This document shows, piece by piece, positions 55,971-64,000 of a stretch of DNA of 64,000 nt; within the stretch, counting starts at the first letter, position 1, and each line of letters opens with the position of its first letter. Position numbers and translations under genes: made by a program. Location: the NCBI GenBank assembly GCA_017400135.1, contig JAFPVJ010000022.1, forward strand, positions 20,433-84,432. The letters are read 5' to 3'. Source of the stretch: Bacteroidales bacterium. Lineage in GTDB: Bacteria; Bacteroidota; Bacteroidia; Bacteroidales; UBA932. The notes beneath the pieces were generated by a model. It worked only from the letters and a program-made list of their open reading frames with translations, was not told the origin of the DNA and did not search any database.

Positions 55971-57086
55971 TCATCGCCAGTCGCGGGGGCGGAGGGACAG
56001 GGTGCGGGGCCGGGAGTAGTCGCCGGCGGGACAGATGGTGGCCGTGCGGCGGGTAAGGTTGTAGACGACGGACCACTGGGTGCGGACATCGCCTTTCCGT
56101 TCCGCTTTCTGGGCCAGGGACTGCAGCAGGGCCATCGCCTCGGCTTCCGTCAGGATACCCTCTTTCGAAGTGAGGGTGTCCCGCATCCGGGCATAGCGGT
56201 CGTCGGGACGGATCACGGCCCGCCAGCCGTCTGACAAATAGAAATTGGTCACGAAGCGCTGCTCAATCACGTTCAGGACCCAGGGACCTTTTCCGTGCAG
56301 CCCCCCTTCTTTCACATACTCCAGCACGACGGTGCGGCCGGAGGCGTCGGAGAGCAGGAAATGATAATTGTCCTTGTCGGCAGGCGGAACGTTCCGCTGC
56401 TCGCCGTCGGCGAAGAAATTGTATTCCCGGCAGAGCGCCACCGCCTCATCAACGGTCGCGGCGCGGTCCAGCATCAGGCGCATCAGGACGGTCGTCATCA
56501 CGGTGTGTTTTCCTTCCCCATACTGGCAGGCACACCCACCGCCGGTCAGAGCCAGGACGCTGACGGCCAGGCCCTTCTCATTCATCCCGTCCATCATTGC
56601 GTAGGGAGCGGCGACCAGCATCGACAGGTCCGTCTCCCCATCCGTCAGCTGCGGCCCGGACAGGCCCACGTGGTCCATCGAGACCAGACTCACAGACTTG
56701 TAGCTGCCCCGCGACCGGGTGCGCATCACGATGGCCGAGCCCTCCTCGAAATCATAGTCGAAGTTACGACCGTAAAGGACCTCTCCCTCCGGCGTGACTG
56801 CCTGGAAAGCGGAACAGGCGGGCCTCCAAGCCAGGGAAGAGGCAGGCATGGAAGAGAAGTTCAGCAGCATTTCCGCGACGCCTCCCTGAACGGCCTCCTT
56901 GGAATTCAAGTCTGCCTCGATGAAATCCTGCAGCCGGTAATCGGCCCGGTAGTCCAGCCGGAAAAGCCGCCCTTCTTCCAGCTCCGTCAGGCTTTCCACT
57001 GTCCGGACCTGCTGACGGTTACGCAGCAGCTGCGCCGGCTGACCGGCCAAAAGGGAAATGAGGGTAAGAAAAAGAATGAATTTCAT
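55971..57086 (-). CDS. Secreted Ntn-hydrolase (linear amide C-N hydrolase; choloylglycine hydrolase/C45-like)
   Basis: Signal peptide, propeptide then A|CSAF, YGRNFD, DGMNEKGL, HFLLSDASG, VTNF, TQWSVVYN. Confidence 0.85.
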   Translation of the reverse strand: MKFILFLTLISLLAGQPAQLLRNRQQVRTVESLTELEEGRLFRLDYRADYRLQDFIEADLNSKEAVQGGVAEMLLNFSSMPASSLAWRPACSAFQAVTPEGEVLYGRNFDYDFEEGSAIVMRTRSRGSYKSVSLVSMDHVGLSGPQLTDGETDLSMLVAAPYAMMDGMNEKGLAVSVLALTGGGCACQYGEGKHTVMTTVLMRLMLDRAATVDEAVALCREYNFFADGEQRNVPPADKDNYHFLLSDASGRTVVLEYVKEGGLHGKGPWVLNVIEQRFVTNFYLSDGWRAVIRPDDRYARMRDTLTSKEGILTEAEAMALLQSLAQKAERKGDVRTQWSVVYNLTRRTATICPAGDYSRPRTLSLRPRDWR

Positions 57087-57156
57087 CACCAGTATGATTT
57101 CTCTCGTGTAAATGTACCCTTTTTTTGCCATCTTTGTATCTCTAAAAGAAGGAAAA

Positions 57157-57528
57157 GTGTCAAGGAAACGGTCGATCCTCTGCATCCTGCTGCCCGTCAT
57201 CCTCTGCGCCGGAACCGTCCGGGCGCAGGAAAGGGACGACTTCGGCATCTGGTCGCAGATCGACCTCGGCGCAAAGATCAGCGACAAATGGGCCCTCCGC
57301 ACCCGCGGCAAGGTCGCATACGCCATCCCGGAGACGCGTTTCAAGCCCTACGTGAGCTGCGAACTCTTCACCACCGACAAATGGGAAAAGACCCGCTACT
57401 ACCTGGGTACGACCTGCAAGCTGGGCGAACACTCCACCCTCGACCTCTTTTATCTTTACTATGTGATGGCCGGCGTGCCCAACCAAGAGCGCCACGTCCT
57501 CGGCCTCGGTTATGCATTCAAAATCTAA
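57157..57528 (+). CDS. DUF2490-like outer-membrane beta-barrel protein, apparently internally deleted (123 aa)
   Basis: GTG start, signal peptide (VRA|Q), DDFGIW N-terminus, KPYVSCELF, KTRY, HVLGLGYAFKI C-terminus. Confidence 0.6.
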   Translation: MSRKRSILCILLPVILCAGTVRAQERDDFGIWSQIDLGAKISDKWALRTRGKVAYAIPETRFKPYVSCELFTTDKWEKTRYYLGTTCKLGEHSTLDLFYLYYVMAGVPNQERHVLGLGYAFKI

Positions 57529-57532
57529 GACC

Positions 57533-59095
57533 ATGAATAAGACACTCCGCCTCATCGCCTTTGCGGCAGCGTTCCTGACTACCGCCCTGACGGGCCTTCA
57601 AGCGCAAGATCTACCCGACGACGGGCTGGACTGCACCAGCATCGCGGCCGGACGGCTCGCCACCACCGACGGTTCGGTCCTCACCTCCCATACCTGCGAC
57701 GGCAAGTCGCGCACCTGGGCCACGATGGAGCCCGGCGGCAAGCACAAGAAGGGCGAAGTCGTCGAAATCTGGAAGGGCACGCGCAAGACGGCCTTCCCCG
57801 GTGACACGACCGGCCTGCGCCTGGCGGGCACCATTCCCCAGGCGAAAAGGACCTACGCCTACTTCAACACGGCCTACCCCTGCCTCAACGAGAAGCAGGT
57901 CGCCATCGGCGAAACCACCTTCAGCGGCCCCGACACATTAAGAAGCAGCAAGGGCATGTTCCTCGTCGAAGAACTCTGCCGCATCGCGCTCCAACGCTGT
58001 GACAACGCGCGCGACGCCATCCGCCTCATGGGCGACCTGGTCAAGGAATACGGCTATGCCGACGGCGGCGAATGCCTGACGGTTGCGGACAAGAACGAAG
58101 TCTGGTTCTTCGAAGTCGTGGGCCCCGGCAAAGGCGAAATCGGCGGTGCCTGGGCGGCCCAGCGCGTCCCGGACGGCGAGATCGGCATCTCGGCCAACAT
58201 CCCGCGCATCAATTTCATAGACCGAGGCGACCCGGACCATTTCATGGCCTCCGACAACGTGGAGGAAATCGCCCTGCGGTACGGCCTCTGGGACGGACAG
58301 AGCCGTTTCTCTTTCTACAAGGCCTACCACGCGGCCTACGGCGGCGGCAAGAATTTCCGCGAACGCGAATACTTCATCCTCAACGCCCTGGCCCCTTCGT
58401 TGGGCTTGAGCATGGATATGGATGAACTTCCTTTCAGCGTCAAGCCGGAAAAGAAGGTCAGCGTACGCGACGTGATGGAACTGCTGCGCTCCACCTACGA
58501 AGGCACGGAACTGGACATGTGCCAGAACATAAAGATGAAGTCCAAAGCTCCCGGAGACACGGTTGAAACGACAAAGATCAGTCCCCTGGCCAATCCCTGG
58601 ATGACCACCCAGATGCAAAACACCCTCAACACCATCGCCCCCGGCACGGTCACCTTCCGACGGACGGTCGCCGTGGCCTGGTGCGCCTATTCGACCGTCA
58701 TCCAGCTTCGCAACTTCCTGCCCGACAATGTCGGCGGCATCTGCTGGCTGGCGGTGGACAATCCGGCGCAGAGCCCACACCTCCCGGTCTTTGCCGGCTG
58801 CACGGTCCTTCCCAAGGCCTTCGACCGCTGCGGACAGAACAACTACGACCCCGACTGTTTCGTCTGGCAGTTCCGCCGCGCCAACAAGCTCGCCACCCTG
58901 AGCTGGCAGACCACCAAGAAGGAATTCCACGACACGCTCATCGGCGTGGAGGACAAGATTTTCGAAGGCCTTCCGACCGGCAAGGTCAAGTCCGAAGATC
59001 TGAACGCCTACCTGCAAAAGAGTTACGACGATGCGGCCAAGGTTTGGAACGGCCTGGAGAAGAAGTACTGGGTCCAGTTCGGACGCGGTTTCTAA
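57533..59095 (+). CDS. Peptidase C69 family dipeptidase
   Basis: D|CTSIAAGRLATTDGS, LNEKQVAIGETT, GECLTVADKNEVW, SANIPRI. Confidence 0.9.
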   Translation: MNKTLRLIAFAAAFLTTALTGLQAQDLPDDGLDCTSIAAGRLATTDGSVLTSHTCDGKSRTWATMEPGGKHKKGEVVEIWKGTRKTAFPGDTTGLRLAGTIPQAKRTYAYFNTAYPCLNEKQVAIGETTFSGPDTLRSSKGMFLVEELCRIALQRCDNARDAIRLMGDLVKEYGYADGGECLTVADKNEVWFFEVVGPGKGEIGGAWAAQRVPDGEIGISANIPRINFIDRGDPDHFMASDNVEEIALRYGLWDGQSRFSFYKAYHAAYGGGKNFREREYFILNALAPSLGLSMDMDELPFSVKPEKKVSVRDVMELLRSTYEGTELDMCQNIKMKSKAPGDTVETTKISPLANPWMTTQMQNTLNTIAPGTVTFRRTVAVAWCAYSTVIQLRNFLPDNVGGICWLAVDNPAQSPHLPVFAGCTVLPKAFDRCGQNNYDPDCFVWQFRRANKLATLSWQTTKKEFHDTLIGVEDKIFEGLPTGKVKSEDLNAYLQKSYDDAAKVWNGLEKKYWVQFGRGF

Positions 59096-59158
59096 TTTGC
59101 GAATGCAGCGTCCTTTTGTTACATTTGTAGGATAGAAAACAAACAACAAAACATAATT

Positions 59159-60487
59159 ATGATCAAGATCAAACTGGAAGGCTGCAACAGCTTCGTCAAA
59201 CCCGGCGAATATGCGGCATACATGAAGAAAGCCTTCGATGCTTTCGACGTTCTCCGTGACGAAAACGGCGCGGGGAACGATTTCCTCGGATGGAAAGCCC
59301 TCCCTTCGGAGACGCCCGAATCTCTCATCAGTGACTGTGAAGCTATCCGTGACGCCTGGAAGGCCAAGGGCGTGGATCTCGTCGTCGTCATCGGTATCGG
59401 CGGCTCCTACCTTGGCGCCAAGTGCGCGGTCGAGGCCCTCAGCCACGCCTTCGTGCGTCCCGCCGGAAGGCCCCAGGTCGTCTTCGCCGGCAACAACCTT
59501 TCCGAAGAATACCTCGCCGAACTCATGGATCTCGCCAAGATGCGCAACACCGCGGTCATCGTGATCTCCAAGTCCGGCACCACGACGGAGCCCGCCGTCG
59601 CCTTCCGCATCTTCAAGGAATACATCGAGCAGACCTACGGCAAGGCCGAGGCTGCGGAGCGCATCGTCGCCATTACTGACGCGAAAAAGGGCGCCCTCAA
59701 GACCCTCTCCACCCAGGAAGGATACAAGACCTTCGTCGTGCCCGACAACGTCGGCGGACGCTTCTCCGTCCTGACTCCGGTCGGCCTGCTGCCGATCGCC
59801 GTGGCCGGTTTCGACATCCGCGCGATGCTCAAGGGCGCAGCCGAAGAGCGCGAGGCCCTGCTGGTCAAGTCCGAAGACAACGCGGCCATCCGCTATGCCG
59901 CCATGCGCAACCTCCTCCACACGGAGGGCGGAAAAGCCGTCGAGATCCTCGTGACCTACAATCCCAAGCTCACCTACCTCGCCGAATGGTGGAAGCAGCT
60001 CTACGGCGAGTCGGAAGGCAAGGACGGCAAGGGTATCTTCCCCGCTTCCGTCGCCAACACCGCCGACCTGCATTCCATGGGCCAGTTCATCCAGGAAGGC
60101 AGTCGCGTGATGTTCGAGACCGTCGTGAGCGTCGGAAAGAGCCAGCGCGAGGTCGTCATCGGCTCCGACGCCCAGAACCTGGACCAGCTCAACTACCTGG
60201 CCGGGCAGCACGTGGAGCACTGCAACGCGATGGCCCAGCTCGGCACCCAGCTCGCCCACATCGACGGCGGAGTGCCCCAGATGGAAGTCGCCATCGAAAA
60301 GATCGACGAGGCCAACCTCGGTGCCATCTTCTATTTCTTCGAGTTCGCCTGTGGCATCAGCGCCTACGTGCTGGGGGTCAACCCTTTCAACCAGCCCGGC
60401 GTCGAAGCCTACAAGAAGAACATGTTCGCCCTGCTGCGCAAGCCCGGCTACGAGGCTCAGACGGAAGCCATCCTCAAACGCATCTAA
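59159..60487 (+). CDS. pgi: Glucose-6-phosphate isomerase
   Basis: GIGGSYLG, SKSGTTTE, VGGRFSVL, QLYGESEGK, NPFNQPGVEAYK; -7 element tacatttg at 59120-59127. Confidence 0.97.
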   Translation: MIKIKLEGCNSFVKPGEYAAYMKKAFDAFDVLRDENGAGNDFLGWKALPSETPESLISDCEAIRDAWKAKGVDLVVVIGIGGSYLGAKCAVEALSHAFVRPAGRPQVVFAGNNLSEEYLAELMDLAKMRNTAVIVISKSGTTTEPAVAFRIFKEYIEQTYGKAEAAERIVAITDAKKGALKTLSTQEGYKTFVVPDNVGGRFSVLTPVGLLPIAVAGFDIRAMLKGAAEEREALLVKSEDNAAIRYAAMRNLLHTEGGKAVEILVTYNPKLTYLAEWWKQLYGESEGKDGKGIFPASVANTADLHSMGQFIQEGSRVMFETVVSVGKSQREVVIGSDAQNLDQLNYLAGQHVEHCNAMAQLGTQLAHIDGGVPQMEVAIEKIDEANLGAIFYFFEFACGISAYVLGVNPFNQPGVEAYKKNMFALLRKPGYEAQTEAILKRI

Positions 60488-60498
60488 ATCCCCTGATT

Positions 60499-61344
60499 AT
60501 GAGACACATACTTTCCACCCTGCTGTGCGCCGCGCTCGTGCTGAGCGGCTGCGCCGGCGCCAAGTTCGTCCCCGGTACCGCCACTTCCTTCCCTAAGGCG
60601 AACCAGAAGGGCAAGACCGCCATCGTGGCCCATCGCGGATTCTGGAACTGCGAGGCCGCCGGCTATATGGAGAACACCATCGCCTCCCTCAAAGCCGCCC
60701 AGGACAACGGGCTCTGGGGCAGTGAGTTCGACATCCACATCACCAGCGACGATGTTGTCCTGGTCAACCACAACGACAACATCCAGGGCGTCAAGATCGC
60801 CGAGAATCCCCTCTCCGTCTTCAAGGCGATGACCCACAAGAACGGCGAGCATCCCTCCACGCTGGACGAGTATCTGACCCAGGGCGAGAAATGCGCGACC
60901 ACCGTGCTCGTCATCGAGCTCAAGCCCCAAAAGGCCCAGGAACGCGAAGACCTTCTCTGGCAGAAGACCGTCGAGGCGCTCAAGGCCCACAACCTGTATG
61001 ACCCCCGGCGCGTCGCTTTCATCTCCTTCAGCCACCACATCTGCCAGAAGATCGCAGCGGAAGCGCCCCAGTTCATCAATCAGTACCTGGAGGGTGACAT
61101 CGCCCCGGACGTGCTGGCCGGAGAAGGCATCAACGGCATCGACTACGAGCAGAAGGTGCTGATTGACAACCCCGACTATGTTCAGGCGGCCCACGACAAG
61201 GGAATGACCGTCAACGCATGGACGGTCAACCGCGACCATAACATGCGCTCGCTGATCTACCTGGGCATCGATGCTCTGACGACCAACGAGCCACTCCTGG
61301 CACGCAAAGTTTTGGGCGACAGGGAGTTCAAACTGGCAAAATAG
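60499..61344 (+). CDS. Glycerophosphodiester phosphodiesterase lipoprotein
   Basis: Lipobox LSGC; AHRG, ENT, SEFD, NHND, IELK, WTVN, TTNEP. Confidence 0.9.
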   Translation: MRHILSTLLCAALVLSGCAGAKFVPGTATSFPKANQKGKTAIVAHRGFWNCEAAGYMENTIASLKAAQDNGLWGSEFDIHITSDDVVLVNHNDNIQGVKIAENPLSVFKAMTHKNGEHPSTLDEYLTQGEKCATTVLVIELKPQKAQEREDLLWQKTVEALKAHNLYDPRRVAFISFSHHICQKIAAEAPQFINQYLEGDIAPDVLAGEGINGIDYEQKVLIDNPDYVQAAHDKGMTVNAWTVNRDHNMRSLIYLGIDALTTNEPLLARKVLGDREFKLAK

Positions 61345-61347
61345 AGA

Positions 61348-62220
61348 TTATTCCTCTTCCCGAAGGGTAAAGAGACGGGAAGGTGTACGCCGCGGCAGCG
61401 GCTGCATCACGACGCTGTCCCCCTCCTCCGAAGCATAATACGAGGATCGCTCGTAAGAAGGCAGCAGTCCGATGTCCGCAAGGGCGTCGGACGTTGCTTT
61501 TATGGCCAGTTCCGGCGTGTTGTTGTTCTCGCTCAGGTGGCAGAGGAAGAGGTGGGTCAGGTCCTTGTGGTAAAAGCGCCGGACTGCTTCGGCACACTCG
61601 TCATTGCTCAGATGACCGTTCCCCCGGCTGATCCGCATCTTGAGGTCATAGGGATAGGAGCCGTTCATCAGCATCTCCCGGTCATAGTTGGACTCGATAA
61701 CCACGACATCGGCATGGGCCGCGAAAGCCATCGCCTCCGGAGTCATCCGGCCTAAGTCAGTCATGATCACAAAGTTGAGGCCCGCAAGGCGGATACCGTA
61801 ACCGACGGTCTGCGAGGCGTCGTGGGGCACGACGAAATAGCGCGCGGACAGCATGCCGGGAACAATCTCATTCCAAGTATCTTGCGCCAAGGGGCGCCGG
61901 ACCGCCGCGAGATGCTCCAGGGTGTAGCTGTGGTACGACATCGCTTCCAGCAACTCCGGAGTGGCCCAGACGGGCAGTTTAAGATATTTGCAATAGGAAC
62001 CGAGGCTGCGGATGTGGTCGAAGTGGTCATGCGTCACCAGCATGGCCTTGATGCAGTTGAGAGGGATATGTTCATTCTGCAATTCCCGCTTGACGGCGCG
62101 CAGGCTGACGCCGGCATCCACGAGCACGGCATCCGTGTAAACCCCATCTTCTTCTACACCCAGGAAATAACAATTGCCGCAGCTGCCGCTGGAAAAGGAC
62201 TTGAACTTAACGCTTCTCAT
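61348..62220 (-). CDS. MBL-fold metallo-hydrolase (YycJ/WalJ-like)
   Basis: SGSCGN, THDHFDH, PHDA, ESNYD, GHLSN, HLSENNN. Confidence 0.88.
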   Translation of the reverse strand: MRSVKFKSFSSGSCGNCYFLGVEEDGVYTDAVLVDAGVSLRAVKRELQNEHIPLNCIKAMLVTHDHFDHIRSLGSYCKYLKLPVWATPELLEAMSYHSYTLEHLAAVRRPLAQDTWNEIVPGMLSARYFVVPHDASQTVGYGIRLAGLNFVIMTDLGRMTPEAMAFAAHADVVVIESNYDREMLMNGSYPYDLKMRISRGNGHLSNDECAEAVRRFYHKDLTHLFLCHLSENNNTPELAIKATSDALADIGLLPSYERSSYYASEEGDSVVMQPLPRRTPSRLFTLREEE

Positions 62221-64000
62221 CCTCGCAGTACTTGGAAATCACGCCATAGGCATCCGCAACGCCGAGTTCACCGGCCTTGGACAGGTCGATGCAGCCTTTT
62301 TCCTTATCTTTCAGATAGATCAGGACGAGACCGCGGTTGAAATAGGCGTCGCCCATCTGCGGCCAGGCCTGAATGGCCTTGTCGTAGTTCTCGATGGAGC
62401 GCACCAACTGGGACGACAGGCAGTAGAGATTGCCCAGGTTGTAGTAGAAATACGGGAAGTCCGGGACCAGAGCCGCCGCCTCTTCCATATCGGCGATGGC
62501 GTCGGAATAGTCGTAGGTATGGGTGACCTGGTCGCTCACGCGGGCCCGGATGGTGCCCTTGTCATCCATCGTCAGGGTCTGCACGTTGTTCTGGATCGAG
62601 GCGATGAAATCGATCATCTCGGCCCGGAGCACCCCGCGGTTCATGTTGTAGAAAGCCCGGTAGAAATCGGCATAACGGGCGCGCGAAACATCGTCCGGCG
62701 CCTGCTCGACGGCCTTGTCGAACTGGTGGAGCGCCTGCGTGTACTGCTTGTTTTGCAACTCGTACAGGCCCTTGATGAAACTGATTTCGGACTCGGGCAG
62801 GTTGGAGCGTCCCGCGCCGAAGGCGCTGTCACCCTTGAGGATGATCTCCAGCTTGCCGGACGGTACATAGCCGGGGATGGAATCGGTGTTGGAAATGATC
62901 ATCGGGACCGACGAATCCTGGATGAAGCGGGCCATCAGCGTATTCTCGTAGCGGGATTGGAGGGCATAGTTCGCGCTCTCCCGCTGGGCGGCCAGGCGAA
63001 ACTTGTAGAGCGGCTTGAGCCGGATGTCCACATCGCGGTGCTGCAGCAGTTCGTTGTCGAAGTCCTTCTTGGCGAAATCCGCATCCAGGTCCAGCAGGGC
63101 GCTGTATTTGCGGGTCGTGTCGGCGAAGGATCCCTCGGACTGCGCGTTCTTGGCCCGGTACTCGGCGACCTTCCGCTGGGCGGTCTGCCAGTCCGACTTG
63201 GACTCTCGCAGCATGCCCAGCATGTTCTTCACGTAGGACCGGTTCATATAGGCCTTGGCAAAGTCGGGATAGAGTTCGATCGCCTTGTCATAGTCCTCCA
63301 GCGCGTCCTGCCAGCGCCCCATCTCGATGAAGTAGGATGCCCGGTTGTAATAGGCCAGGACGTTTTTGGGGTTGATGTTGATCACGCGGTCCATGTCGTG
63401 CAGCGCCAGCTCGAACTCGCCCACCTGCGCATAGATGAGACTCCGGTTGTAGAGCGTGAGAGCATTGCCGGGCTCGTCGGCCAGTACGCGGTTGAGATCG
63501 CGCATCGCCGCGTTGTAGTCCTGTTGCTCGTACTGCATGATCGCCCGGTTGAAATAGGCGAAGGTGTTGGTTGTGTCCAGCGCAATCGCCTGGTCCATGT
63601 CGGCGATCGCCTTCTCATAGCGGCCCTGCGTGGCATAGAGCCGTCCGCGCCGCATATAGCCTTCCGGCTCGAAGCGGTCCAGGCGGATGGCCTTGTTGTA
63701 GTCGTTGAATGCCTTGGTCGTGTCCCCCAGGAAGAGATAGCTCGCGCCCCGGTTCAGGTAGGCGGCCGGATCTTTCGGCTCCTTGCGGATGTAGCGGTCG
63801 AAGTCCGCGACGGCATCCTCGAATCGCTGGGCGAGGAAGTAGGTCACGCCCCGGCTGAAATACAAACCGATGAAGCCCGGCCGGAGCCCGATCGCCTTCT
63901 CCAGGTCTTCGAGCGCCTCGTCATACTTGCCGAAACGGCTCCGGGTGATAGCGCGATAGTGATAACCGTTTGTGAATACCGGATCCAGGCGCACGGAGGT
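62207..64000 (-). CDS. Tetratricopeptide-repeat protein, 5' end beyond the window
   Basis: Many AYxNRG / A..DY.KAI.L.P repeats; the frame is open to the window edge. Confidence 0.9.
   Translation of the reverse strand, partial: TSVRLDPVFTNGYHYRAITRSRFGKYDEALEDLEKAIGLRPGFIGLYFSRGVTYFLAQRFEDAVADFDRYIRKEPKDPAAYLNRGASYLFLGDTTKAFNDYNKAIRLDRFEPEGYMRRGRLYATQGRYEKAIADMDQAIALDTTNTFAYFNRAIMQYEQQDYNAAMRDLNRVLADEPGNALTLYNRSLIYAQVGEFELALHDMDRVININPKNVLAYYNRASYFIEMGRWQDALEDYDKAIELYPDFAKAYMNRSYVKNMLGMLRESKSDWQTAQRKVAEYRAKNAQSEGSFADTTRKYSALLDLDADFAKKDFDNELLQHRDVDIRLKPLYKFRLAAQRESANYALQSRYENTLMARFIQDSSVPMIISNTDSIPGYVPSGKLEIILKGDSAFGAGRSNLPESEISFIKGLYELQNKQYTQALHQFDKAVEQAPDDVSRARYADFYRAFYNMNRGVLRAEMIDFIASIQNNVQTLTMDDKGTIRARVSDQVTHTYDYSDAIADMEEAAALVPDFPYFYYNLGNLYCLSSQLVRSIENYDKAIQAWPQMGDAYFNRGLVLIYLKDKEKGCIDLSKAGELGVADAYGVISKYCEDEKR

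Overview
High-GC Bacteroidales chromosomal DNA. The taxon is inferred from SusC/SusD, a hybrid two-component system, type V pilin motifs and recurring TAnnTTTG -7 promoter elements; a gut/rumen RC9/Cryptobacteroides-like lineage is a guess. About 40 CDS: housekeeping genes (cdd, lemA, mnmA, tsaD, tamB-like, folB, mtaB, asnA, mtnN, xylAB, rpsF-rpsR-rplI, pgi), a five-gene heterodisulfide-reductase-like operon, a small PUL (GH2-SusC-SusD-GH105/GH88 plus HTCS), and several peptidases and hydrolases. RNA genes are the SRP RNA (cut by the left edge) and two tRNA-Lys. I saw no CRISPR array, integrase or transposase. Most interesting signals: (1) a tightly coupled operon of a 43-aa YxxPxL-leader peptide, type V pilin-nuclease fusion, orphan nucleotidyltransferase, Wzi-like barrel and cytidylyltransferase-GHMP kinase fusion; (2) a 135-bp palindromic element inserted in frame in mtaB, whose antisense strand folds with G-U and tandem-GA pairs, a motif that recurs in a duplicated element behind tRNA-Lys; (3) an sHdr-like HdrC-B-A-C-membrane complex with no known partners nearby; (4) a TamB-like gene that appears to need a non-canonical ATC start. 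All calls come from reading motifs by eye; no searches or folding programs were run.
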